Below, piece by piece: positions 28,275 through 37,956 of a DNA stretch of 64,000 nucleotides. Made by a program: the position numbers and the translations under genes. Numbering within the stretch: position 1 is the first letter of the stretch; each line of letters starts with the position of its first letter. The notes beneath the pieces are model-generated. The model had not been told where the DNA came from, searched no databases, and worked only from the letters and a program-made list of their open reading frames with translations. Source of the DNA: Thiocapsa sp. (GTDB lineage Bacteria > Pseudomonadota > Gammaproteobacteria > Chromatiales > Chromatiaceae); NCBI RefSeq assembly GCF_018399035.1, contig NZ_CP073760.1, positions 4,288,269-4,352,268 on the forward strand, given 5' to 3'.

Positions 28275-29777
28275 TCAATCGCTCGTATGGGTTTGAGGGA
28301 TTCGACTGATGTCGTAGACCCTGATGTCTCCTTCGGTATGCACGAGCATATGGTCTTCGATGAAAGCGCCGATCAGGCCTTCGATTCGGCTCTGCACGTC
28401 TCGATCCTGATCGCTGGTCACAAACAGGACGTGGTCGCCCGCATCCAAACACGATCGGACATATTGATCCTCGGCATAATAGGCGAAAACGCAATGTTGT
28501 AGCTCGGGGCGAGCCACATACGTAGGAAGATACCAAGATTGTCCTTCGATCTCTGTCAAAAGTATGACGTAATCGCGGTATGGGCCTTCTTGCAGCCAAG
28601 ATGAGATCTGCGTGATTTCGTTCGGTCTCCAAAGCGTGACATAAAAGTCGTTGTAGAGATGGTCGAGCGTATCGTAGAGCTTAGGCTTGTAGAGCATTGG
28701 GAAAAGCAAAACAAGAACGACAAGTACGTTTCGCCAGCGAGGTTGCCAGCTGACGGTCAGGCGTGCAAACGGCGAAACGGCGAGCGGAAGTGCCAACACG
28801 AAACCAAATAGAAGATATCGGTCCCATAGGTCCCATCCGCGATCGAGCGTGAAACGATACATAATGGTCGAGTAGACCGCAAACAAGAGCAGGTAAAATG
28901 CTTTTTCCAGCGAGAATCGACGGCGCGCGATGTCTGAGAGGAGAAGAATGAGGCCGACGATAACAGCAATCGCTATGCCGTAGCCTAGGTGTTTCGTGGA
29001 TTTTTCGCTGATAATTTGAGCGGCTTCAATCGCTCCGACGGGCTTGACGCCGTGATACCAGCCCTTGGCCTGACTGAAGCCGAGGAAAGGATCTCCGGTA
29101 TGCAGATAGTTGCCGTAGGTCCAGATCAGTGGGTACAGGAGAAGTCCACAGAGAACCAAGATGGACTCGGTGCGGCTGCGGGTCTTGGCGTAATAATACG
29201 CGACGAAGATCGGCGCGAGGACCCACCCCTCGTAACGGGTCATGACCGATAACGCGAGGACGAGCACAGCTGCGGTCAGGAGAAGATAGCGGGTGTTGCT
29301 CCTGGTGTTTGCCGCGGAAACCAGAAACAGGCTTCCGGTCAGGACCTCGAACAGGAACGTTGGCTCGGTGAGTGAGGTCGCGCTAAGCCCGATGTGAATC
29401 GGGAGGAGTGTGAGGACAATCCCAGTCAGCAGGGCGGTGAGGGGGTCGAAGACCTTGAGAACAAGAAAATACAGGATGACGACGGTAAGAGATCCGATCA
29501 ACAGATTGACGAGTCTCGATGTAACGGTCGGATCATCCAAGAGAACGTAAAATAGGCCATGAAGATAGGTGTTCCCGGGAAGCCAAACCCCGGAGATCAT
29601 TATCGAAGGTGCGTGGAACCATTGAAACGCTTGAATGGCGCGAGTCGGTCCGTCGCCCGGGACATCGATGGTAAAAAGAAGAACGACGAGTCGTAGCGAA
29701 AAAGCGACCAGAAAAAGCCAAAACGGGATCCATTTTGAATCGGCGTGGCTGTTGGCTGAGGTCAGCGATATCGTCAT
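28275..29777 (-). CDS. GT-C fold membrane glycosyltransferase (ArnT/PMT, GT39/GT83-like)
   Basis: 500-aa ORF. About 11 hydrophobic segments plus a soluble C-terminal domain. N-terminal loop: DVPGDGPTRAIQAFQW. Clearly AT-richer than neighbouring genes by eye. Confidence 0.65.
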   Translation of the reverse strand: MTISLTSANSHADSKWIPFWLFLVAFSLRLVVLLFTIDVPGDGPTRAIQAFQWFHAPSIMISGVWLPGNTYLHGLFYVLLDDPTVTSRLVNLLIGSLTVVILYFLVLKVFDPLTALLTGIVLTLLPIHIGLSATSLTEPTFLFEVLTGSLFLVSAANTRSNTRYLLLTAAVLVLALSVMTRYEGWVLAPIFVAYYYAKTRSRTESILVLCGLLLYPLIWTYGNYLHTGDPFLGFSQAKGWYHGVKPVGAIEAAQIISEKSTKHLGYGIAIAVIVGLILLLSDIARRRFSLEKAFYLLLFAVYSTIMYRFTLDRGWDLWDRYLLFGFVLALPLAVSPFARLTVSWQPRWRNVLVVLVLLFPMLYKPKLYDTLDHLYNDFYVTLWRPNEITQISSWLQEGPYRDYVILLTEIEGQSWYLPTYVARPELQHCVFAYYAEDQYVRSCLDAGDHVLFVTSDQDRDVQSRIEGLIGAFIEDHMLVHTEGDIRVYDISRIPQTHTSD

Positions 29778-30063
29778 GGCGTGTGATCTAACCCCTTGCG
29801 CGCTACTGACGGGATGGCCGTAGCGTTGGTTGGAAAAACAGGTTCAGCGATCGGGGGCGCGGCCGGGGTGGGTGAAGAACAGCCAGCGGTCATGTATTCG
29901 TTTTACACCGGTGGCGTTGCGCGAAATGAACGCGCTTCGAGTGCACCCGGTTTTCGGTTCGAAGCATTCCGGCCGAACGGCCGTCAAATTGGCTTTGGTT
30001 ATCGTTTCGTCGAGGCATCTTGGGTTTCCCAACGGGACGCTAAAATTCGGCCGCACGCCCCTG

Positions 30064-30170
30064 GTGCGCCGACTTCAGTCGGCACCCGGGGGAGACGGAC
30101 TTCAGTCCGCCGCGCGGGCGCGCTCGGGCGACTGAAGTCGCCCGTCCCCCGGGGTGCCGGATGAATCCGG
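30064..30170. repeat. Compound palindrome, family G (three GACT-N2-AGTC hairpins inside a 17-bp inverted repeat)
   Basis: Hairpins GCCGACTTCAGTCGGC, GGACTTCAGTCC and GGGCGACTGAAGTCGCCC. Outer arms are GCACCCGGGGGAGACGG / CCCGTCCCCCGGGGTGC. The same hairpin motif occurs in MITE B and at 54576-54592. Confidence 0.7.
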
Positions 30171-30236
30171 CGTACCCGAGCGGTCGCGGGCGGCGACCTG
30201 GTAACGGCCGATGTGGCCGAAAGATGATCGAGGCCG

Positions 30237-30608
30237 TCAAATCCACTTCGGAATCAGGATCAGCCCCCAAACCACAACGGCAAACACGATGCTCGAGAAG
30301 ACCGCAGCCGAAGCGATGTCCTTCGCGCGCGCCGAGAGCTCGTTGCGTTCCATGCCGACCCGATCGACGTTCGCCTCGATCGCCGAATTCAGCAATTCCA
30401 CGATGGGCACGATGAGCAGGCTACCGACGAGCAAGGCGCGCTCGACCGCGGAGTGGCCGAGCCAGAGGCCGAGCGGGATGAGCGGAATCAGCAGGAAGAC
30501 CTCCTGACGGAAGGCCTCTTCCAGTTCGAAACAGGCCTTGAAACCCTTCATCGAGTATCCGAAGGCGTAGATGACGCGGCGCCACCCCTTGGCATTCTGA
30601 TTAGCCAT
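30237..30608 (-). CDS. dgkA: Diacylglycerol kinase
   Basis: 123-aa ORF. Sequence: [36 protein letters not shown]...VELLNSAIEANVDRVG. Confidence 0.9.
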   Translation of the reverse strand: MANQNAKGWRRVIYAFGYSMKGFKACFELEEAFRQEVFLLIPLIPLGLWLGHSAVERALLVGSLLIVPIVELLNSAIEANVDRVGMERNELSARAKDIASAAVFSSIVFAVVVWGLILIPKWI

Positions 30609-32072
30609 GCATGTCCTTGTGGTGTTCTTGCGGATTCCAGGCGAGATCCAGGTTACGAGCGGCCCGCACGTCGTCGAGTCGGCGTACCGGCATGGTGTGT
30701 GGAGCGGTTTTGACCAACTCGGGATTGGTTTGTGCCTCTTCCCGGATCGCGATCATGGCCGCGACGAAGCCGTCGAGATCCTCCTTGCTCTCGCTCTCGG
30801 TCGGCTCGATCAGCAGACATTCGGGCACCAGGAGCGGGAAGTAGGTGGTCGGGGCGTGATAGCCGTAGTCCAGCAGACGCTTGGCGAAATCCATCGCATT
30901 GACGTCCAGCTCCTTCGCCTCGCGCCTGAGCGTGATGATGAACTCGTGGCTGGCGCGACGTTGCGGGTAGGCGGCATCGAAGCCCGCCGCCTTGAGCCGA
31001 GTCATCAGATAGTTGGCGTTCAGGGTCGCGAACTCGGAGACGCGGCGCATCCCTTCGCGCCCCAGCAGTCGCGCGTAAATGTAGGCGCGCAGCAGGATGC
31101 CCATGTTGCCGCCGAACGCGGTGAGGCGCCCGATGCTCTCGGGGCGCTCGGGCTCGGCCAGCCAGTGGTACTCCTCCCCGTCGAAGGCGACCAGCGGGAC
31201 CGGCAGGTAGGGTTCCAGGCGTGCCGAGACACCCACCGGTCCGGCACCCGGACCGCCCCGCCGTGGGGTGTGGAGAAGGTCTTGTGCAGGTTCATGTGGA
31301 TGACGTCGAAGCCCATGTCGCCCGGACGCACCTTGCCGAGGATGGCGTTGAGATTGGCCCCGTCGTAGTAGAGCAGTCCGCCGGCCGTATGGACACGCGC
31401 GGCGATCGCCTGGATGTTGCGGTCGAACACGCCGACCGTGCTCGGGTTGGTCAGCATGATGCCGGCGGTCTGCGGCCCGACGGCCTGCTCGAGCGCGGCA
31501 AGGTCGACGTCGCCGTCGGGTCCGGTCGGGATCTCGCGGACCTTGAAGCCGCACATGACGGCGGAGGCCGGGTTGGTGCCGTGTGCCGCGTCGGGGACCA
31601 GGATCTCGGTGCGGGCGATATCGCCGCGGGCCAGATGGTAGGCGCGGATCATGGCCACACCGGCCAGCTCGCCTTGGGCTCCGGCGGCGGGGGCCAGTGA
31701 GACCGCGTGCATCCCGGTGACCTCTTTGAGCATCTCCTGCAGCTCGTAAAGGCAGGCCATGAAGCCTTGGCTGTGGGACTCGGGTGCCAGCGGATGCCGC
31801 GCCAGGAATCCGGGCAGCATCGCCAGCGTGTTGCAGGCCCGTGGGTTGTACTTCATCGTACAGGAGCCCAACGGGTAGAAATGGGTGTCGATCGAGAAGT
31901 TCTTCTGCGACAGCCGTGTGTAGTGGCGGACCGCCTGAAGCTCGGAGACCTCCGGCAGGACGGGTCGGCTCCGACGCCGCAGCGCCGCCGGAATGTCGGT
32001 GACCTCGGGCATGGCGAGCGGTGCCTGCGCGGTGGCGCGGCGTCCGGGTCTGGAGCGTTCATGTATCAGCAT
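30601..32072 (-). CDS. gcvPB: Glycine dehydrogenase (decarboxylating) subunit 2, GcvPB; -1 frame break in the given sequence
   Basis: ORFs 31020..32237 (ATG 32072, [12 protein letters not shown]...[12 protein letters not shown]) and 30601..31554 (...[20 protein letters not shown]...) join if the C4 run at 31256-31259 (G4 on the coding strand) is one base longer. Confidence 0.9.
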
Positions 32073-32149
32073 GGCAGTCGGCTTCGGTGAGTGGATCGAG
32101 TCGGAACCGCGAAGGCGCAACGGCGCAATGCGCGACGGCGTCGGGCTTA

Positions 32150-32231
32150 AACCGCGCCGGGTGCGGTATGCGTCGTTTGTTGGATTCGCTTGGCCGCGCC
32201 AGCTCCGACAACTGTCGGAGCTGGCGCGGTT
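32150..32231. mobile_element. TA-flanked AACCGCG-TIR MITE
   Basis: Structure TA|AACCGCGCCGGGTGCGGTATGCG...CTGGCGCGGTT|TA, 82 bp. Confidence 0.8.
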
Positions 32232-32252
32232 TAGCACTGATCCGTTTCAAAA

Positions 32253-32332
32253 TCTCTCACGGAGACCTGGAGACACGAGCCGTATTCAGAACGGATCTCG
32301 GATTCTCCGTGCCCTCCACGTCTCCGTGAGAG
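32253..32332. repeat. 80-bp palindromic element, family H
   Basis: 14-bp termini TCTCTCACGGAGAC ... GTCTCCGTGAGAG. A single arm also occurs at ~49826-49852. Confidence 0.7.
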
Positions 32333-32335
32333 GTA

Positions 32336-32415
32336 AACCGCGCCCAGAGCGAGATGCTCACTTTCGAGTGGGCTCGACGTTTGGTGCATCCACGGCCCTT
32401 AGCGGGGACGCGGTT
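32336..32415. mobile_element. TA-flanked AACCGCG-TIR MITE (subfamily 2, inverted copy of 15591-15671)
   Basis: Structure TA|AACCGCGCCCAGAGCGAGATGCTCACTTTCGAGTG...GGGGACGCGGTT|TA. Confidence 0.8.
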
Positions 32416-32439
32416 TAAAATAATATATTAAATATCTTA

Positions 32440-32520
32440 AACCGCGCCGACTCCAGCGGTCGTCAAAACTGCCGGGGCCGATCCCATCCAAAAACATCGC
32501 ATACCGCACAGGGCGCGGTT
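32440..32520. mobile_element. TA-flanked AACCGCG-TIR MITE (subfamily 1, inverted)
   Basis: Structure TA|AACCGCGCCGACTCCAGCGG...CGCATACCGCACAGGGCGCGGTT. Separated from the previous MITE by the conserved AT-rich spacer. Confidence 0.8.
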
Positions 32521-32545
32521 TCATTCGAGTCGGAAAGAACGCGCC

Positions 32546-33043
32546 TCAGAGTGCAGCCAAGGCCGCGTCGTAATCGGGCTCTTGGGTGATGTCGGGCACG
32601 AGTTGGGTGTAGATGACCTTGTTGTCGGCATCCAGGACCACGACGGCGCGGGCGGTGATGCCGGCGAGCGGACCGTCCTCGATGAGCACGCCGTAGTCCT
32701 TCGCGAAGCTGCGCGAGCGCATCATGGAGAGCGCGACGACGTTCTCGATGCCTTCGGCCCCGCAGAAACGGCCCATCGCGAAGGGCAGGTCGGCCGAGAT
32801 CACCAGGGCGACGGCAGCGGGTTTGCCGGCCATTGCCGTGTTGAAGTGCTTGGTCGAGGTCGCGCAGACCGGCGTGTCTAGGCTGGGAACGATGTTGAGC
32901 AGCTTCTTCTTGCCGGCGAAATCGGCCAATGTCTTGTCGCCGAGATCCTTGTCGACCAGCTTGAAGTCGGGCGCGGTGCTGCCGACGGCGGGCAGGTCGC
33001 CGGCGAGCTGGACGGGGTTGCCTTGCAGTGCTGTTTGAGCCAT
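32546..33043 (-). CDS. tpx: Thiol peroxidase
   Basis: ATG at 33043 ([30 protein letters not shown]...[14 protein letters not shown]). Confidence 0.9.
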   Translation of the reverse strand: MAQTALQGNPVQLAGDLPAVGSTAPDFKLVDKDLGDKTLADFAGKKKLLNIVPSLDTPVCATSTKHFNTAMAGKPAAVALVISADLPFAMGRFCGAEGIENVVALSMMRSRSFAKDYGVLIEDGPLAGITARAVVVLDADNKVIYTQLVPDITQEPDYDAALAAL

Positions 33044-33214
33044 GAGTGTGTTCCGATCGTTGGTGGTTGGATGTTGCATCCGCGTCGGCGCGGGTTGGGC
33101 ACGCTGCGCTTTGCCCAACCTACGGCGGATGGCGTTCACGCATCTGTACACTTTCGTTTTCGAGCCGTCGCTGACGCTCGCCCGGCCCGACCCACAGGGT
33201 CAACGCAAGCGCCG

Positions 33215-34615
33215 CTAAACTTCGGGCGCCACGGGGCAAGGCACCTGTGTTCGGGCGGAGATGATACGCCCGAGGTTGCTTGCATAGGACTGCATCTCTT
33301 CCTCCGTTCTCAGCTCGGTCGCGCAGACCAGGACCGCGGGATCGAGCTTGGGATACTCCGCGCCGAGGTCGCATCCGCCCAGGATGTTGTGTGAAGCCAG
33401 CGAGCGGAGGACGTCGGCCGCGGGTGCAGGCAGGCGCAGCGCCTGCTCGTGGAAGACCGGTCGATCGAACAGGGGCGCCACGCCCGGGACTGCGCACAGC
33501 AGCTCGGCGAGCCGTCGGGTATTGGCATGACAGGCCGCGGCGACACGCTCCAACCCCTCGGCGCCCAGCAGGGTCATGTGGATGGTCGCGGCGGTGACCA
33601 GCAACCCTTGATTGGTGCAGATGTTGGATGTCGCCTTGTTGCGCCGGATGTGCTGCTCGCGGGCCTGCAGGGTGAGGGTGAAGCCGGGCTTGCCGTCCAG
33701 ATCGAGCGTGCGGCCGACGATGCGCCCGGGCAGTTGGCGCACGAATTCCTGACGACAGCAGAGGAACCCGGCATAGGGTCCGCCGGAGGCGAGCGGCATG
33801 CCCAACGGCTGCGCCTCGCCGCAGGCGATATCCGCGCCGGTGCTGCCCCAGTCTCCGGGCGGGGAGAGCAGGGCGAGCGCGACCGGGTTGACGACCCCGA
33901 TGACCAGCGTGTCGCGGGCATGGGCCCAGTCGGTGAGCGCGTCGACGTCTTCGAGCACGCCGAAAAAGTTGGGCTGATTGACCACGAGCGCGGCGTAGGG
34001 GCCGTGTTCCGCCAGCGCATCCAGGGCCTCGATCGCGGTGTGTCCGCCACGCGGGTCGAACGGCACCTCGACCAGCTCGATGCCCTGGGTGGAGACGATG
34101 CTGCGCAGGGTGCGCCGATAGGCCGGGTGCAGGGAGCGCGGCACGAGGACCTTCTCGGACTTGACCTTGCGGTTCGCGCGCACCGCCATCAAGACCGCTT
34201 CCGCCAAGCCGGACGCGCCGTCGTAGAGCGAGGCATTGGAGACGGCCAGTCCGGTTAGGGCGACCATCATGGACTGGAACTCGTAGAGCAGCTGCAGGGT
34301 GCCCTGGCTGGCCTCCGCCTGATAGGGCGTGTAGGCGCTGTAGAACTCCCCGCGGGTGGCGATCTGCCAGACGGCGGCCGGGATGTGATGATCGTAGGCG
34401 CCGGCGCCGATGAAGCAGAGTGGCTGCCCGTCGGCGCGCGCGCGCGACTGCATCAGTCGGCCGATGTCCATCTCGGCCATGCCGGTGGGGATGGCCGCCA
34501 GCTCCCCGATCTGAAGCTCGGCCGGGATCTCGTCGAAGAGATCATCGATGGAGGCGACGCCGACGGTGTCGAGCATCGCGGCGATGTCGTCGGGGGTGTG
34601 GGGTACAAAGGGCAT
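33215..34615 (-). CDS. gcvPA: Glycine dehydrogenase (decarboxylating) subunit 1, GcvPA
   Basis: 466-aa ORF. Sequence: [34 protein letters not shown].... Confidence 0.92.
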   Translation of the reverse strand: MPFVPHTPDDIAAMLDTVGVASIDDLFDEIPAELQIGELAAIPTGMAEMDIGRLMQSRARADGQPLCFIGAGAYDHHIPAAVWQIATRGEFYSAYTPYQAEASQGTLQLLYEFQSMMVALTGLAVSNASLYDGASGLAEAVLMAVRANRKVKSEKVLVPRSLHPAYRRTLRSIVSTQGIELVEVPFDPRGGHTAIEALDALAEHGPYAALVVNQPNFFGVLEDVDALTDWAHARDTLVIGVVNPVALALLSPPGDWGSTGADIACGEAQPLGMPLASGGPYAGFLCCRQEFVRQLPGRIVGRTLDLDGKPGFTLTLQAREQHIRRNKATSNICTNQGLLVTAATIHMTLLGAEGLERVAAACHANTRRLAELLCAVPGVAPLFDRPVFHEQALRLPAPAADVLRSLASHNILGGCDLGAEYPKLDPAVLVCATELRTEEEMQSYASNLGRIISARTQVPCPVAPEV

Positions 34616-34617
34616 AT

Positions 34618-35010
34618 TTAGGTCTCGTCGTCAACGACCTGTTGATAGGCTGCCGCATCCAGGAGTCCGGAGAGCGCAGCCATGTCGTTCGGGGCGAGGC
34701 GGAAGATCCAGCCTTCGTCGAAGGGGCTGTTGTTGATCGCCTCCGGGCTGTCGTTCAGAAGCGCGTTCGACTCGATGACCTCGCCGGCGAGGGGTGAATA
34801 GATATCGGAGGCGGCCTTCACCGACTCGACCACGGCGCAGGCTTCCTCGGCGTCGACTTCGCGCCCTTGATCCGGGATCTCGACGAAGACGATGTCGCCG
34901 AGCGCCTCTTGGGCGTGATCGGTGATGCCGACGGTGACGGTACCGTCGCCGTTGTCTCTGATCCACTCGTGGCTTTTGGTGTATCTCAGGTCAGCAGGGG
35001 CGTCGCTCAT
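34618..35010 (-). CDS. gcvH: Glycine cleavage system H protein
   Basis: 130-aa ORF. Sequence: [37 protein letters not shown]...[12 protein letters not shown] (lipoyl-lysine motif). Confidence 0.95.
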   Translation of the reverse strand: MSDAPADLRYTKSHEWIRDNGDGTVTVGITDHAQEALGDIVFVEIPDQGREVDAEEACAVVESVKAASDIYSPLAGEVIESNALLNDSPEAINNSPFDEGWIFRLAPNDMAALSGLLDAAAYQQVVDDET

Positions 35011-35067
35011 GGTTCTCTCCGATCAATCGACGGGTTGTCTGTGCGCTCTTCGCGCCGTTGCGATCTA

Positions 35068-35148
35068 AACCGCGCCCAGTGCGGTATGCGATGTTTTTGG
35101 ATGGGATCGGCCCCGGCGGATTTCAGAGCCGCTGGAGCCGGCGCGGTT
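35068..35148. mobile_element. TA-flanked AACCGCG-TIR MITE (subfamily 1)
   Basis: Differs from 15483-15563 by about one base by eye. Confidence 0.85.
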
Positions 35149-35177
35149 TAAGAACGATTCAAAAACAATCGAGACAT

Positions 35178-35209
35178 GTAGGATGGGTAGAGCGTAGCGA
35201 AACCCATCC
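35178..35209. repeat. Single GTAG-type REP arm, family C
   Basis: Sequence GTAGGATGGGTAGAGCGTAGCGAAACCCATCC. Confidence 0.75.
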
Positions 35210-35227
35210 TCACAGCTCAAACGCTTA

Positions 35228-35330
35228 GGCGATTTCCGGGAATGATCATCCCGGCCGTGCGTGTTGCCAATGCTTACCGGGCGACTAAAGTCGCCCCTAC
35301 ATGTTGGTCGATGCTTTCCCGGAAATCACC
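35228..35330. mobile_element. MITE family B (copy 2), flanked by TTA/TTA
   Basis: Same 103-bp body as 22578-22680. TTA at 35225-27 and at 35331-33. Confidence 0.8.
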
Positions 35331-35370
35331 TTAAGCCGCGCCCGGTGCGGTTTCACCCTGACCACAGGGG

Positions 35371-36461
35371 TCAGAGGTCGATGCAGATCCGGCCTTGCCG
35401 CACGAACGGCGGTTTGACGATACGTGCGCTCACGGGTTTGCCGCGGATGTCGACCGCGCACTCCGCGGGTGTGCCGGGCTCGACCCGCGCGAACGCGATC
35501 GAGCGCTCCAGGGTCGGCGAGAAGCCGCCCGAGGTGACCTCGCCGACCGCCCGGCCGTCCGCGAGGACGCTCTGGTGAGGGCGCAGGACGCCGCGGCCGG
35601 TCAAGAGCAGACCGACGAAGTCGCGCCGCTCGGGATGAACACGCCGAGCGGTCAGGGCCTCGCGACCGATGAAGTCGCGCTCCTGCGGCTCCGGGCGATG
35701 GTCCAGCCGAGGCCGGCATCGAGCGGGCCGACCGTCTCGTCCATATCTTGGCCGTAGAGGTTCATGCCGGCCTCCAGGCGCAGCGTATCCCGGGCACCGA
35801 GGCCGCAGGGGCGCACATCCGCCGCGACGAGCGCGCGCCAGAGTGCCGCGGCCTCCGCGCTCGGCAGCATGATCTCGAAGCCGTCCTCTCCGGTGTAACC
35901 GGTGCGCCCGACAAACCAGTGCGCGTCCTCGGCCGCGAAGAAGGGTCCGACCTGCATCGCCGAGGCGCGCAGCCCGTCGGGCAGCAGCGGCTCGACGCGG
36001 GCACGCGCATCCGGTCCCTGCACGGCGATCATGGCGAGGTCGCCGCGGCTTCGGATGTCGACCTGACGTCCGCCGGCCTGTGCCTGCATCCAGGCGATGT
36101 CTTTCTCGGCAGTGCCTGCGTTGAGCACCGCGCGATACCGCTCGGGTCCGCGAAAATAGAGGATGAGATCGTCGACCACGCCACCCTGCGGGTTGAGCAT
36201 GCAGGCGTAGAGCGCCTTGCCCGGCGCGGTCAGTTTGGCGGCATCGTTGGCGAGCAGATGTCGCAGAAAGGGCAGGGCATCCGGGCCTTCGATGTCGACC
36301 GGGCGCATGTGGGAGACGTCGAACATCCCGGCGGCGCGGCGCACCGCGTGATGCTCTTCGATCTGTGAGCCGTAGTGCAGCGGCATGTCCCATCCGCCGA
36401 AGGGGACGATCCGGGCGCCGAGACGCTCGTGCTCCGAAAACAAGGGGGTGCGCAATCCCAT
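35371..36461 (-). CDS. gcvT: Glycine cleavage system aminomethyltransferase GcvT; -1 frame break in the given sequence
   Basis: ATG at 36461 ([33 protein letters not shown]...). ORFs 35652..36725 and 35371..36393 join as ...AGLGWTIA|[14 protein letters not shown] if the G3 run at 35693-35695 (C3 on the coding strand) is one base longer. Confidence 0.9.
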
Positions 36462-36759
36462 CCGACTCTCCGTTCGCCTGGTGGCTCGCCCGGCGGGCTG
36501 GCCTGTTGAGTCGTCACCGCTCGCGAGGCGTCGACCGGGGTCAATATCGGGCGCAGGTGCGCTCGATACAAAGGGCGAAGGAAACGGGTGATGCGCGCAG
36601 GCCGCGTGCGGGTCGACCGTCCGATACAGGACGGCGAGCCGGAATGCGAATGCGCTCGAGGGCGCGACCCCGGATGCGGGGGCGACGGAGCAGGCGCGCG
36701 GCGCGTTCCAGGCTCGTGCAGGCACGATCCTTCGGGATCCACCCGGATCCTCGACACCG

Positions 36760-36955
36760 CCCCTCTGTCCCAGACCTGAGAGTTTGCAGGCGGCCGAACG
36801 CGTCGGTCGCTGCTGCCCCTTCGGTGGGTCCCGACTGTCGGTACAGTCCGGACCGCTCTCCAGAGTCGGTCGTTATTCCCGCGGTCCTTTTGCCTGAGCG
36901 ATTCCGGGCAGTGTTGCGCCTTCGGCGCCGGCCGAGGCCGGACTCTCCCGCGGGA
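36760..36955 (-). promoter_or_regulatory. Tandem glycine riboswitch (two aptamers)
   Basis: Minus-strand read. Aptamer 1: CGCGGGAGAGTCCGG...GCGCCGAAGGCGCAA...CTCAGGCAAAAGGACCGCG. Aptamer 2: CTCTGGAGAGCGG...CCACCGAAGGGGCAGC...CTCTCAGGTCTGGGACAGAGG. Lies upstream of gcvT. Confidence 0.9.
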
Positions 36956-36987
36956 CTTGACGCGAAACGGGACTATAAGCGCGGTTC

Positions 36988-37121
36988 GCTCGGATTTCCA
37001 GCGATCACGGTTGCGGGCCGTAGGTTGTGCCGAGCCGTGCGAGGCACAACCAACCGTCGGCGCAAGTTGTGCTTCCTATCGTCAGCACAACCTGCGGGTA
37101 TGGAGATTTCCGGAAATCGCC
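36988..37121. mobile_element. MITE family A (copy 3, left end degenerate)
   Basis: Core GTAGGTTGTGCCGAGCCGTGCGAGGCACAACC...GCACAACCTGCGGGTATGGAGATTTCCGGAAATCGCC. Confidence 0.65.
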
Positions 37122-37149
37122 TGAATCGCCCCCATCAACCCGCCTCCGC

Positions 37150-37668
37150 CTACGGGCAGGCGCTCTTATCGCCCGCGACCTTGCCGGTCAACTGCAGGAA
37201 GGTATCGAACGGACCCATGACGCCCATGGCCTCCATCTTGGGTCCTTTGAACTTGAGTTTGCCGGTCGTCATCGCGCCCATCGCACCGCAGCCGAAGCGG
37301 CCTTCGCCCATGCAGGCCCAGTCCTCGTCGGTTGCATTCATCAGGTAATCGACCTCGGGGTCGAGCGTCGTGGTCTTCACCGCGCCGCCGTAGGTGCACA
37401 GGGCCTTGCCGTCCTTGTCGCTGATCTGCAGCTCTACACGGCTGCCCTCGCCGCACTGGGTGCGATAGAGCTGGATGACCTTGTGTCCGCGACCGGCGTT
37501 GTTCGCCGCCCAGTTTTCGCCGGCCAGACCGGCGGTGAGCGCGCCGGCGCCGTTCCAGGCTTGACAGGCGGAGGCCGCCCAATCGGCGTCCATGAAGGTG
37601 GCGGCCTGAGCGCTGGCGGAGACGGTCAGGGCGAGAGCCGGGAGGGCGAGCGCGATGCGGCGAATCAT
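37150..37668 (-). CDS. Secreted SCP2 (sterol carrier)-like domain protein
   Basis: 172-aa ORF. Signal peptide MIRRIALALPALALTVSASAQA. C-terminal TGKLKFKGPKMEAMGVMGPFDTFL resembles the SCP2 signature. Confidence 0.55.
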   Translation of the reverse strand: MIRRIALALPALALTVSASAQAATFMDADWAASACQAWNGAGALTAGLAGENWAANNAGRGHKVIQLYRTQCGEGSRVELQISDKDGKALCTYGGAVKTTTLDPEVDYLMNATDEDWACMGEGRFGCGAMGAMTTGKLKFKGPKMEAMGVMGPFDTFLQLTGKVAGDKSACP

Positions 37669-37956
37669 GATGGTGTCCTCGTCTGGTGTTATTTGCGGGC
37701 AACGCCTGTGTCCGCTGTTTGTCTTGTCGTTCGAGCGCTTCGATGCTAGTCGGCGCGGGGCCGGTGATGCAACTGCAGGGCGACGAGCCGATCGAGCCTA
37801 AGTTCCGGTCTCTGGCACCGATGCAACGAGCGCCCGGTCCAGAGCACGGAGCGGTCGCTGGAACTTTGACGCTGTGGGGAAGATGTCTTTGGTGACCTAC
37901 GTAGACAGTTCTTGCCGGCCAGACCGACGCGCAAAACGACCGCGCCCGGACGGAAG

